Notes: generated by a model not told the origin, from the sequence alone. Counted from the stretch's first letter, positions 37,901 to 51,000 are shown. The stretch: DNA of 64,000 nucleotides from Ruditapes philippinarum (GCF_026571515.1 NW_026852429.1:1-64000), one strand, 5' to 3'. Translations and numbers: made by a program.

Positions 37901-40900
37901 ACAACTAGTCTCTATAAAAGCCCAAACTTCACCCCCTAGCAGTCCTGTCTGAGGGCAGAGTCGGTATAATTGCATGTTCTGTGGACATGCACAATGTCTG
38001 GGCTTCACCCCATATTATACTATAGTGTCATCACAACTCTCCCTTATGTTAATAAATATAATTTTATATTTAATTAACACGTGTCAACGTCGGCCACTTG
38101 TTTCAATTATTTTCGGCAATTCAAAAAAAGATACTGTAACAGTTAAATGTTATAATAATAGGTTCTGAAAATTCTTGATTTTTTTTTCCTTCAAGAAATG
38201 ACGTCATAATAATGTGGTACATCAGCAATTTGTCATAGACCTGAACAGCTTAAAGTCCCATTAAGCCCCAGGAAATGCTTTCATTTTTATTTCGCAAAAT
38301 CTTCTTTTTTTTTGGTATTATTTTATAGTTGGCCTAATACCCAAACCTTTTTCTTTTTCTGTTGGTTTTTGGTAATTAGCACATTTATTGTGATTTAGTT
38401 TTTTGTTTGAAAGTCAAAATACTGTTTTGTTTGCATGTTGCTGCATTTATGACAAATTATTCTACATTTAGTTTTATTCAGGTAACAAGCATCTAACATA
38501 CTCTAAAATATTATTTTAGCGTTATTAAACTAATGTTTGATCTTTTTAAAGAAGTAAATTTCTATTTATTTCTGAGGCATAATGTGCCTTTAACTTTAAG
38601 AGATAGAAAAAAAATGAAAATATATCTAAACAGAACAATTTATGTACATGCAGCATTTAATAGAAAGTTTAATTTTACAAAACATGTATTTTCAAATACC
38701 GGGTATTCACCATTAAACAAGCATCACCAGTCTTCATGTTCCAGAGATCGCAATTCATTATTGTACAAACTACGACAGAATTTTATTCTGCGAAAAAGGG
38801 GATTTATTTCCGTTCCTTTATTTATTTAAGACGATTTTGTGTACTGTACATTGATGCTGAAATAGGGGCAAAAGGGGCATTCCTTGTCTTCTCTAATGTC
38901 ATAATGTTACCTTTTGTTGCACTGGACATGTGCAAAAATAATGACCACTTTACTCTTTTTAAAAGGCTTAAATTTCAAACGCAGAAGAAATATTTTCAAA
39001 TTAAACTGTGATTAATCGATGTTAGCAGTGTCGGATTTATGTCGATCAACCGTTCTTTCTTTCTCGCGCGTCTCACCTGTTAGGCCGCAATCATTGGTCC
39101 ATTGTTGGGCCATAGTTGAACCATTGTTATGTCCGACAGATATGCAAAACGAAATAATAAATTCTGCACCCTGCCTACAAATAAAACATACCCAATTTGA
39201 AATCCGTTCAAGATAAAGTTCATAGAATTAAGATTAAAGGCTCGATATCGTCACATTGATGTGTCGATGATCTCTTGATAAGTTCACACCGTTCTCTATT
39301 TTTTCGGTCTCGCCATCTTTTAAAGTTAAACGGTCAATTTTATGTTGGTGATGAATATTCATCATCATTAGAATAAATTTAAAATTAGCCATTTTTATAT
39401 TAAAAATCTATAAATAAACTTCCATATTCGATGGGTTTTTTGCTCTGTTGATACGAGGTATCATCCAGTTTATAACTTTTAGAAAAAGAAAAAAAAATGA
39501 GAACAAAGATCAAGAAGGCGGTGTTCACAGAACGCAACCCCCGACACAACCCAATTACACCAGCAGGACACCAAGGAGGCACCAAACACCAAAGGCTTTA
39601 ACAGCGTCGAAAGCATAATTCCCATGCTTGAAAATACATGCACTCAAAGAAACAATTACGTGATACAAACATGTTTCTCACAAAAGCAGTAAGCAAATGT
39701 ATAAAGTACAATGAATATTAATTACATTTTCAGAAAAATCAATAGTTTTTTTACCAATAGGGAAGAAAAAAAAATGAAATAAATTGAATTTTAGGGGAAA
39801 ACTGGATGATCTTGAGGGCTGACGCCTTTATAGATGGTCACTGCAAGAAAACACCTGAAGCAATCTGATTGTTTTTGGTCCCGCTTTATTAGAAAGTTAT
39901 AATTATTTTTTGTAAATATAAATCTTTTTGGCGACTTATAATGAAAAAGAAGAACAACTGTACAATAAAATTAACACCTGTTTTACTATATATGGAGAAA
40001 ATCACTTTTGAGAACATCAAAAAATTAACTTTTGTTGTCTGGGTCAGTTAAAAGGTTAAAGTGGAGATACGACTTAAGTGATTTTAATTAATAGTTTTAA
40101 GAAATTCAACACTTGATAATTATAATGTACTGATAATAGAGATTCAATAAATATAACCAGTGGTAATGGTATATGAAGACTCTCATGTTACTTGTTTGTG
40201 TAAGCGGAACTTGTAATGCAATTGTAACTCTCGAGTGTACCATTACATTGTGGACGTGGCCGTGCTCGATTAGGAAAAGACTGAATTTATGTTACCGGCT
40301 AGAGCCGAACTCATATACGATTCTTACATCAGTGAATTTATCTTGGTGTACACCTTCCATTTCAATGAATCATGATGATTAAGTCAAGTGTCACCTAAGA
40401 AATATTACTTCTGTTCAAAAATGCTTTCATAATAAAGTCATTCAACATGTAACTGATAACACTCGGAACAAAATGTGCTCAATAGTGAAATATAAATTTA
40501 CAATTAATAACATACTAAATTAACAACATATTTTATAGACCTATCTAACATCAAATCTAACATAAAATACACCATTGTATTGTTCATTTGTATGCCCATC
40601 TGTAAACGTGCCCTTTTACTAATGTCCTTTTCATCACAACAGCGATTCTTCCAATGACTTAGCCAAAAATTCTCTGTAGCTTTATTTAACTAGTATCGTT
40701 GATGCGCATTAGTGTTAGTGTTTCCTTGTTTTTAGTGCCTATTTAGGTTGAATGACAAGGCGTGGGTGACATTTTATATAAAGAACGATATCAATAAATA
40801 CTAAAATTATCATAATATACGATTAATATTTATTCTTCGTAATAAAACACGTCAAAAGAGAATCTCCATCGTGTCAAAATATGATTTTACCTTTGGTTAA

Positions 40901-42145
40901 TTCACTCTTCGTGACCTTAAGGGACACAGCAAGTGAAAACAATTAAGAGAACTAAAAACATTTTTTCTTTGATTACACGAAAAAAAAAAACGATAAAAAA
41001 AACGAAACAAATACAACGGAACAAAAACAACAACAACAATAATAAAACATTCGTAAAACTATGGAACAAAAAACATTGTTGTTGTATACTATTAAAACAA
41101 TAAAATATGTACTGCAAATATTTATCCACATTATATGTAATCATTAAAATATAAATGAATTCGTTTCTAAAGACTTGATAGAAAATAAATTTCTAATTAC
41201 CTCCCTTTATTGACATGAAATGTAAGTTTGGTAATATCTTAACAAATTATGCTTTTTGGAACTTACAATATTGATAAATCTTCATTTGAGCATTATATTT
41301 ATGATATAAAACCATAAACAAATTATGTTACAGGATCTTTAAAAGTAAGTGAGCTTGATTATCCGGTATGTATAAAGTAGGAGCTTTGTAATGTTCAAAT
41401 GTAAAGCCAGTCAAGAAGAATCTTTATGAATAAATCATTACTTTTTTAAAAATATATATACACATTTAAGCAAAAGTGTGCGTTTTAAGCTTTTTTTTCT
41501 ATCTAAAGAAATTGTCTCTACATATATTTAGGTGATCATTAATCTGTATATAATCATACACTATAAAGCCGTATGCGATGGCTTAGTATCTTTTTTTTAG
41601 ACAATCAAGATGTCAGGAAACAAACAAAAAAACCCCTCCTCAGACTATGGTATTAAACGATGTGCCTGACTGTATACAAAAATAAACCCTATGTCGCCTG
41701 TCTGAACCCAGAAACGTAATTTCATTCAATAAAAACACCGACAACTTTCTTTCATAATAATAGTAATTGACCAATATATTTTCTTCTCATTGCTTGAAAT
41801 AACATTTTTATATGCGCATATATCTCCGCACCGCCATATTCTACATTAAGAGGTTTTGAGTCGCACAGTACCCAGCCAGCCGGACCGCTTTACGTGTGCT
41901 TAAGTCATATAAAATTATGTTTTATTAAGCGTTTAATTACCGACATGTCCGAAATATGTTCATAATAGTTATTAAACGGACATGTTTATACGGTCTGCGG
42001 CATCAGTGACGCGGCAGTTTTTTTCCCTATCTTACTTTATACGTCCTTTGAAAAAAGCTAAACTTAATCAGAGAGTCATTCCATTGCATTTTATTGTCCC
42101 AAAAGACGATTACGAAGAGAAAAAAAAAATGAAATAGACAAACTG

Positions 42146-42374
42146 ACGACAAAACCAACATAATGGTTTTGCGACCAGCATGGATCCAGACCAGCCTGCG
42201 CATCCGCGCAGTCTGATCAGGATCCATGCTGTTCGCTATCAGTTTCTCTACTTGTTTTAGGGCATGTAAGCGAACAGCATGGATCCTGATCAGACTGCGC
42301 GGATGCGCAGGCTGGTCTGGATCCATGCTGGTCGCAAACGCATTATGTTGGTTTTGTCGTGACGCGGCTAAAAT
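42146..42374. mobile_element. Palindromic MITE, longer copy, left-truncated
   Basis: Long inverted arms gacaaaaccaacataatg...gaccagcctgcgcatccgcgcagtctgatcaggatccatgctgttcgct / agcgaacagcatggatcctgatcag...ggttttgtcgtgacgcggct. Confidence 0.88.
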
Positions 42375-43000
42375 AGACAAACTGACGACTCAATAATGAA
42401 CGAGATGGTATGCGTGGATGATGTATTATTTTTTACTCGTTTTTATTCACAACTTTTACGTCTCCGTCCCGTGCATGATCGGACATCTCGTGCGTTTGTT
42501 CTCCAAATGAAAACAAAAGTAAACATTTTTTTTCTGTTCTCGAAATCAGATTTTTATCAATTTTTCCTTATAGACTGACACATTTCATTTGTTTTTATAA
42601 ATGTTCTATTATATCCCTAAATAAAATCAAACTTTAATCATGGCCAGCATTGGTAGCATTGGCCGCGTCGGTAGAAACATAATATTTTGTCATAGCTGCA
42701 ATCAAACTTCGCTTAAAACCATTCACAATGTTACTTTTATTTTTTCTGCATTTGTTTTCCCAAAAAGGCTTTTTCTTTTATAGAAAAGTTATTTTAGAAG
42801 CGAGCATCACTGGGGACACATGTAAGTATAATATGCTTTTCGTTTTGATAATTACCGGCAGATTGATCTGAAGTATATTATTTCAAGTAAAGAAGGCGGA
42901 AATTCGCATAAATCTAGATGTTAAATTATTCGTATATAGAACAGTCGTATACATGTTACATCACATGACTTTTTGCGAATTGTTTTCAGAGCTAGTCGAA

Positions 43001-43072
43001 TGTAGTCTCTATACGCCGAACTGTAGTCTCTACGCCGAACTATACTTTCTACGCCGAACTGTAGTTTCTACG
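43001..43072 (+). repeat. ~19-21-bp tandem repeat (tgtagtctctacgccgaac) x4
   Basis: Visible directly. Confidence 0.8.
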
Positions 43073-44535
43073 CTGAGACGATCACCAAGTTATATGCTGA
43101 TATTTAAATAATTATGATGCAAAATTATCAACAAATTAATGTTAAATAGACTTCTACTTGGGGGTAAACAGAAAAAAGAAAACCTTAATAACGATTGTTG
43201 CTCTAGTGTTGCAAGGGCCACATACGATGGAACGACCTACATGTACGTGTCTGATAATGCCAATTCAATTTCCATGAATAAATTTACTCCATGTGGACAA
43301 ATGAAGGACTTTTACAGGTGCTAAACGCTTAGTAATTACCCCACCACCCATTTCGAGACCCTCATTCAATTTCGTTAGGTGATATTCAGGGTGTCCAAAG
43401 GACGAGTCGCGTAACAAAAACAGTTGAGCCAATTAAGCCTACGACGAGCAATGAAGATGACACCCTACTGCTTTAATAATTATCAACTTCCGTGTTTGAA
43501 GGAAGATCACAAGAAGTATTTGAACTCTTCACAAAAGGAGTCTTCATATAAATGTCAGAACGAGGCTAAAAGAAGGCGTAGAAGCTATGCTATAATCATT
43601 CGTCCTCGCGCGCGAATGTAACCACAGTAAATATTCGCACCCGCTATGACAAAAGACCCGCACCAGCTAGTTACAATACCCCTAGCAAATGAAGAGTAAA
43701 ACAAACTAATTGAAAGATCATTTCGATTGAATAAATTACCGGTTTTGGCCAAAGTGGGAACTAAAGAATTTACACAAGGGAGTGGAAGCTTGAATTTTGA
43801 TTAGAAAAGATACTTTGTGTTAATTCTTCAAATGATATTGGGGGTAATAAAATCAACCGCGTGGTAAAAATGGTTGAAGTACATTTGGCTATCATTTTTA
43901 TAATGTTTGAAAAAATACTACCGTATCAATTATAAAGCATAAGTGGTTTCTTTATAAGGAAAATTATTTAACCATTACAAAAGTAGAAAGTATCCGTATG
44001 AACCAATTATGCAAATTCAAGTCTGGTTTTAGAACGCAACTCTGAGAAATTAACGAATCAAAGTTTAATATTAAAAAATGCATTTCCGGATACCGCAATT
44101 TATGAGTCATGTATTTCAGGATCGGGATATGGGCTTCTTTTATACCAAAACGAGCAGGACCTACATTTTGTCAAAACCACAGAAAATACGAACAAAATTG
44201 CTAGATAATGTAATCCTATTATAGACAAACTTTGTACATCTGTACAAACTCCGCTGAAGGTCCGCAATGACATAGCCTTTTTATGCTGGATTTTGAATTT
44301 CTCTTTATAATTACATGTATAAAGGTCATATACCAAATTTCAAGACACCCTAATGTAGGAGAACATCCTATTCTACTCCGTGCATTATTTAAGCACGTGA
44401 ATCAAACACCAAACCTCCCGGAGGCCAGCTAGAGATCTTATTTACGTGAAAGAGTCCAAAGTGCCTGGCGGGAATCGAACTTCATAGCAATAAAGGGCCA
44501 ATGGGCCGTATTTTTTCTCGTTTTTATTACAATGT

Positions 44536-44566
44536 ATTATTATTTATTATCATTATTATTTATTAC

Positions 44567-44600
<34 letters not shown>

Positions 44601-44630
44601 TATTATTATTATTAATTATTAATTATTATT
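44536..44630 (+). repeat. (ATT)n microsatellite
   Basis: attattattattatt run. Confidence 0.9.
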
Positions 44631-47600
44631 GATCTATTCAACACATAGAGGCTCTTACTAGGGTAGACACTGCACATTTCTTTTTTTCTTTTTGGAAATT
44701 TACAAGCAATAATTCTTTTAACGAACTTAATAAAATTAATCGAACTTCTTCCCTAAGTATTCACGTGTAATTAGAGAAGTCATTTTCAGATACATGCAAT
44801 TCTTCCTTAATGATGCAAATCGAACAACTTCTTTCAATAACTCATTTGTCAACTAAATAATAAGCATAATCGTTGAATGTTTGTTTAAAGTTGTACATGA
44901 TACGTTACGTTAAGTCGTACGTCTCAATTAAAACATAAATCACAATACAAAGGCAACATTTTTTTTGAACGAAATAAGTTTGTGGCTTTAAACCTACCGA
45001 TTAAGTAATTTGATGGCGTTAATGTGACGATAAAAGAATCATCTGTACATTAAGCTCGCTAATACTAGTATGTTGTGAGCATTACATTTACACAAGAATG
45101 ATTCCGATTCCCCTATTTTTCTATGAACTTTTTAATAATTCACGTTAGATCGGGATTAAATTTAAGATGATCTTCTATTTAAAGCAAGATATACTTTGAA
45201 AGCTGTCTGTACTACATGTAATGGACCGGATAAGGACTTGAACTTACAATTCCTTATTGAGAGGCAACCGCCTTTTCCTACAGGCCGTCTCTACCCTTTG
45301 AAAATGACTTTGGTTACAACATAGACATTTATTTTCAATTAACTTAGGCTTATAAACCCGCGATGACGTAATATCAGCAAATGCATAAAATCACAAAGTG
45401 TAAATGTTCATACATTTACAAAACATTTTTATCAGAATAAAATTATGACCTATAGAAGAAGGTCATAATGACAATTTATTCATTAGATTAATTTATGCCC
45501 ATATTTCTCTCATGTACATGGTATATGTTTAATATGACTTAATTATAAAAATATATGACTAGACATATTAATAATTAATTTTTAAGAAAATAAAACATGT
45601 GACTCTTCAATTTCACCGGAGTGTGGAAAAAAAAGATATAATTTACCAAAATTCAAACTATGAAGTAATGTCAAGGTTTATGCATCAAATAAATATAGAC
45701 ATACAGACCTATAAGGTAATACATTTTGATATCAAAATATCATAAATATCTTATATAAACAATGAACAGGTCAAGTCTTTTTTTTGGACATAATATTATT
45801 TATTTAAATGAGCAAGTAAGTAATCGGGTCAAAATAAACTTTCAATATTGAAAACTGCCTAACTTAATGTTTATCCTGTCTATACAAGAGTATGTAAACA
45901 TCGTTATCTCAATTCTATTACCATTAAAATGTGAAATCTATATAAACAAATAAAAATAGTTCAAAGAATAACTGAATAAACGCATCCAGTGTTTTCTTTT
46001 ACTTTGAAGTTAATAAAGTATCTATCTGTAACCATTTAACAAAATGTCAACCATTTTCCCGGACAAAATCGTTGCTTTTGCAGCTCGTGCAGCTTCTTAT
46101 TATTTAAAACACCCTGGTTTGTGGTATTTTAAATAGATTAAAAACGCTCAGTAATGATTTTATGAGTTTTAAATTTTTGCCTCCCTAAATGCAACGTGCA
46201 ATGATAATGTATAGCACATAATCTCACATAACGAACAATCTTGATAAAATACTATCGCTTTATGCTGTTCATGATCCATGAAAATATAAATACTGACTTC
46301 TTTTGAAGTTGTAAACTTTCTCACGATATTTTCATCTGCCTTTAAAAGTCATAAATATAAAACAGAAGTCGTATCAAAATTTAAAAGAAATTGCCCGGTG
46401 ATTACTCAATAAATATAGATTAAGACAGGCAAATTATAAAACGTTTATCCGCTTCGTGGCTACCGCAGAGAGCGGGCATCGCTCTTGAAAGACCAGGGCA
46501 TATAATGTACGACCGCTATTTCGTATCTACAGACGCAATGTCTGTTTTTCGTCAATGAAAACTGACCATGTTAAGCCGAGCTAAAATATACGGTGGCGCC
46601 GGGTGGAGAGTTTGAACACAGCAATATCAGCACATGTTGGGTCTTCAAAGAGACATTTTAAAATGTGGACCACGAGTTATTTTAGCATTAAAATAAGAAT
46701 ACAGATTAGATCTCGCTTTAAACAAACCCTTCTTGAGTCAAATTATGAATTTACAAAAAAAAAAGAAAAGAAAAAAAAAAAGGATAAAATGAAAAAAGAG
46801 AATTTTGCCTACATGTCTGCATCTTTGTGAACTGATTTGTATATTTGTTAAGACATAATTTTAAAAATCATTTCTATATAGTAGTTCGCCAAAGGAAAAG
46901 ATTTCTATTAGACTCGTCTTTCGTTATTATATACAAATGGTTTGTTTGTTTCTTGTTTATTTGTATGTATATTATATATACTTTTTGGAATAAATATTCA
47001 AGCCAATAGTTACCTATTTTTCAGGATTAAAATCTCTCTCTCACTATGTTAAATAATGCAAGATGACATCAAAAATAACTTTACTAATTATTTAAGTGTC
47101 ATTTCAATATAACTTAACAATCAAAAATCAATATTTTGAACAATTTTGCGGCTTAATATTCAAAAGAAATGAACCAATCAAAATATCAATACTTATTAAA
47201 CTCTTCATGGGAGAAGTATCGCGCGCTTGCTTGGCATTTAGCACGAGAATGACGCCCTTGACTCACGCGGATAGAGGTGAGAGGTCAACCTATATCAAAT
47301 CTCTTGCCTGTCTGCACGCGCCAACAGGCCGTGGGAATGAATATTATTTCGTCTTTATCAAATATATAAATCATTCAAAAACACGAATGTCAAAATTAAA
47401 CCTTGTATTTTTGTGTGAGAAAGTAACTTTTCGTGATAGAGTGTGATTAAATTTAACGCCTTCCAAAAAGAAAAAAAAAAGATCGCCCAAAAACAATGGT
47501 GCCAGGTCGTTACGATTCACCGTATATTAAAATATAAATAGAATAATAAAGCCGAGACTTTGACTTTATTGTATTACAAATGAGATGAGAAACACAAATT

Positions 47601-47809
47601 TGTACTCATTTGTCCCGGACTAGGATCAACATACATGTGTTATGATAAGACCATAATTAATAAATAAATAACTAAACTAATAAATTGAAAGATTATTAGG
47701 CCCAGTCCAGCTTAAATGTACATTGTATGCTAAAAACTTATTTAAGACTATACCAGACTTGTGAAACAAGTCCTTCGCTCGAGCACCCTGCAATTGTTCG
47801 GTTCGAGTT

Positions 47810-47920
47810 GGATTCCTGAAACTAACCAATATGGTGTCATATGAGTTAACATGGTCGTGACCGGGGTAAAACTCGAACTCACTCAGTGTGGAGTGACAGT
47901 CATCTTAACCACTAGGCTCC
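47810..47920 (-). mobile_element. Degenerate tRNA-head SINE fragment
   Basis: Homologous to 25140-25262. Confidence 0.5.
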
Positions 47921-49035
47921 CCTAAAAAATAAAATTTGACATGCACGTGTGCAATCATTGCTGACTATCTGCAGAAAATATTTCTATTGTCCCAATAGGG
48001 TATTCGCTTTGCTTCTTATACGGAAAACCCCTGATACAGTGGGAATAGAGCACATTTCGGTTCAGTTTTAATCTATTTACTGTAGCTGTAAACGGATTTG
48101 GGTGGGTTTTTTCGCTCGTGGCCTGGGGTCCGACTTGTCATCTGAGATTCGAGTCATGCTATTAATCGCCGACCATAAAGCACAATTTTAAATGACCAGC
48201 ATGGCTATCTCAATTCGAGTTTTGGAACTGGTTGGTCCGTGATGTAACTGACCAAGATAAGTATTAGAGCGTTCATTGACGCAGACGATAACTTTCGAGT
48301 AAAATGATACTTTTCTTTGGAAATTAAATTTTTCTACTTTTATCCTTCTGTGAGTTACGTAGTATATTCGACAATATATGTTCAAATTGAATTCGTGTTT
48401 AAAATACCATAGGTTAAAACAACATTGTTACTTAAAATACACAATGAAATCATTATATGCACGAAATAACGGCTCTAAAATAGACTTAACCAGTTTTTCT
48501 CCCAAAAGAAAACTTAAGATTTTCCCCGGAATTTCTTTGAAAATAACATTACAATATTTTCTAAAATATTGTTATAGACGAAATGATAATTACATTAATG
48601 ACAATTAATACCTGAATATGAAGGTCAAGGTTATTTTTCTGGAATTTTGGACAGGATGTACTTGCACCAAAATAAACACGATATAGGGTTTTCATATTTT
48701 CTATTTCGCAACAATCGTAAAAAACAAACATAATAAACATAACATTTTAAACACAAGTAATGCACTTTTTTTACATATTAATCAATAATAATGGTGTAAA
48801 AGTTTATCTCCAGGACAAAGCACTAAAATGTTTGTAAATTGTATTATAACCTCGTGTACATTAACATTGTGTGGTTATATAATGAAAATATGAGGCAGTC
48901 ATGTCAAAAGACATTCTGCACGAGTCTATTGTCTTCCAATGGATATGAGAGATTGCAATGTCAAACCATTTTAATAACGAATTTGGAAGCAATTAAAAAC
49001 TTTTTGTATAATCAATTAATATTAAGTCCAGAAGT

Positions 49036-49884
49036 CTACCAAGGCCGCCAAACATCTTCAACTTTTAATGGACTCGGTGTCCTACCAAATTTAACAAGTC
49101 CCTGTAAATTAATGTCCATTTGAGACGCTGTATATGACGTCATTTCATGTGATGAGGGTGAACAAGATGGCGACGACGAAGTATCTGAAATGTCTGAGTT
49201 CGATACTTGAGAAAACGCGGAAGAATCGTAAGCTTTCATGCTTGCTTTTGTTCTTGGTGGAGATCTCGAGGTATATAGTGGTACAGCTTGGTTACAAACC
49301 GGAGCTGAGGTGGAATGAACATTTTGTTGCATCGGCTGAGATTGTCCGAGGTACACCGCAACAGCGGACGGAGAGTTTGTGTTGGGCACTATTTGAAATG
49401 AACCACACAGCTGAGCAGTATTTCCTGCTGTACGTTGTGGATGCTGTTGTGAGTTTTGTCCCTGATTGTACATGTTTGAAACGTTTAAGTTTTGTACTTG
49501 CTGAAGCACTAATGGCGATGTATGAACGGCTGGCATAAGAAGACAACCATTTTGAGCACTATGTAGTCCTTGCTGATTTGATTGGTGAGGAATTTGAACA
49601 TTAAGCGGTTGCTGACATTGTTCGGATGTCTGACTATTTAACTGAGTTACAACGTTGCCTAAATGGCTCATCAGTCTATTTCTGGTTTCCCCCTCGACGC
49701 CTTGAACTGATCCAAGGTACCTCATGACCTCGTTCGCACATTCGTTGAACCCGGCCTTGTATTTGGTGACGACAGTCGGGTCGCAGGTCATAGCTTGTGA
49801 TACCTGTTGACGCTGAAGCTGACGTAAGTGTTTTACCGTCATTTCCAGGATATCCGCTTTCTCAAGCTTTGAGTACTGGTTTGT
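49036..49884 (-). CDS. HES: HES paralogue B exon 3
   Basis: tttcag| acceptor; helix 2, Orange domain, WRPW-TAG. Confidence 0.97.
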   Translation of the reverse strand, partial: TNQYSKLEKADILEMTVKHLRQLQRQQVSQAMTCDPTVVTKYKAGFNECANEVMRYLGSVQGVEGETRNRLMSHLGNVVTQLNSQTSEQCQQPLNVQIPHQSNQQGLHSAQNGCLLMPAVHTSPLVLQQVQNLNVSNMYNQGQNSQQHPQRTAGNTAQLCGSFQIVPNTNSPSAVAVYLGQSQPMQQNVHSTSAPVCNQAVPLYTSRSPPRTKASMKAYDSSAFSQVSNSDISDTSSSPSCSPSSHEMTSYTASQMDINLQGLVKFGRTPSPLKVEDVWRPW

Positions 49885-50810
49885 CTGAAAAATAGAAATA
49901 AGAAATTCATAAATAACTAGAAATACATTAACCTTAAACCTTTAAAGTACACGTTTTAGTAAAAATAAAATGACTAAATTAATAATGCGATTCTTAAATG
50001 TCACGGTATAAAAAGATGTAATTATATTTCGTTGTATTTGAATATACAATTATACAATACGTTAAGATAGTATCGCGACATATCCAATTATCCGCATTTC
50101 AACTGCCATTTATCAAAGAGAGCTCTCGTGGGAAAATCTTTCTAAAATCTCAGAGAGAAGACACCATGACGTGACCTATGGCATATTATCTTCTCTTTAT
50201 CTCAGAAGTGAAACATTCACGTATATACTAAAGAAACCTGTTGCTACAGAAGTTAAAAGCGTCCAGTTTGCACGGCGTTCTAGCCAGGTCATTAATACTG
50301 CTTAAGTTTACACGTTTGAATAATTTAAATTGATCTTTTAATTAATTATTAACAATTAATTCGATTAATTAACCCAAATCTTCTTCAACAAGTTACTAAA
50401 ATATGTTCATGTAATCATATCTATGTAAACAACTTACATCTTTTCTCATCGCTTGAAGCACCAACGTCTTTAGCTGTGTCAGGCAGTTGTTAATGCGTGC
50501 CCTTCTTTTCTTTTCCATAAACGGTTTATTACTCTAAAATAAGAAACAGATATTATATTTACAATTTTGTTAAAAAGAATGTTAAATGACATCAATATTC
50601 AATTAAATATCGTCAACTTTTATCAATCAGTTAAGTTAATAAAGAGTACAAGCATGTGATGTTTCCGAATTTATTATCATTTTTTATCATAATTAAAAAA
50701 GTAAAATATGTTGTGATATTATTTAAACATACCCTTTTATAAGCAGAATCTTTTTTCTCCATTTTGTTTGGTGAATTCATAATCCTATTTTCGTTGACAG
50801 TGTCAGACAT
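49036..50810 (-). CDS. HES: Canonical HES/hairy-family bHLH-Orange-WRPW repressor (HES1/4-like, paralogue B), 340 aa, 3 exons
   Basis: Exon 1 50810-50733 ([26 protein letters not shown]); exon 2 50533-50438 (96 nt, [32 protein letters not shown]); exon 3 49884-49036 ([20 protein letters not shown]...[16 protein letters not shown]...RLMSHL...EDVWRPW*). All introns GT-AG, phase 0. Confidence 0.97.
50438..50533 (-). CDS. HES: HES paralogue B exon 2
   Basis: ttttag| acceptor, |gtaagt donor, [13 protein letters not shown]. Confidence 0.96.
50733..50810 (-). CDS. HES: HES paralogue B exon 1
   Basis: ATG at 50810; AGG|gtatgt donor. Confidence 0.88.
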
Positions 50811-50916
50811 AGCACTTTAAAGCAACTTGTTTAATTGTACAATATTCAATGTGTCAGTGTGTGAACGGTTAGAAAACTGAAGTAAATCTAAATCTACAAG
50901 TGGTTTTAGATTTGTA

Positions 50917-50922
50917 TTTATA
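50917..50922 (-). promoter_or_regulatory. TATA box of HES-B
   Basis: TATAAA(TA) on the minus strand, ~110 bp upstream of the ATG. Confidence 0.7.
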
Positions 50923-50948
50923 ACCTCGGGCAGACGACATAAGTTCGC

Positions 50949-50980
50949 CATGTGAAGGAATTTGATCTGTCTTTCCCACG
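50949..50980 (-). promoter_or_regulatory. Su(H)/CSL paired site (SPS)
   Basis: Minus strand CGTGGGAA-AGACAGATCAAATTCC(16 nt)-TTCACATG, head-to-head, just upstream of the TATA box. Confidence 0.8.
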
Positions 50981-51000
50981 CTTACAATCCATCACTCGTA

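Noticed and set aside
42027-42380. 117-aa ORF with internal repeat (MDPDQ...)
   Set aside because: Translation of the palindromic MITE; the same applies to 18145-18336
19600-48900. A third HES gene in the intergenic region
   Set aside because: No KP..E+.[15 protein letters not shown] or WRPW coding sequence seen on either strand; the 252-N gap appears to lie within a MITE
48931-48937. GY box GTCTTCC near HES-B
   Set aside because: It is on the antisense strand; no sense K, Brd or GY box was seen in the 3' UTR
49134-49546. Antisense and alternative-frame ORFs over HES-B exon 3 (likewise 16183-16383 and 17150-17437 over HES-A)
   Set aside because: Shadow ORFs of real coding exons; no independent support
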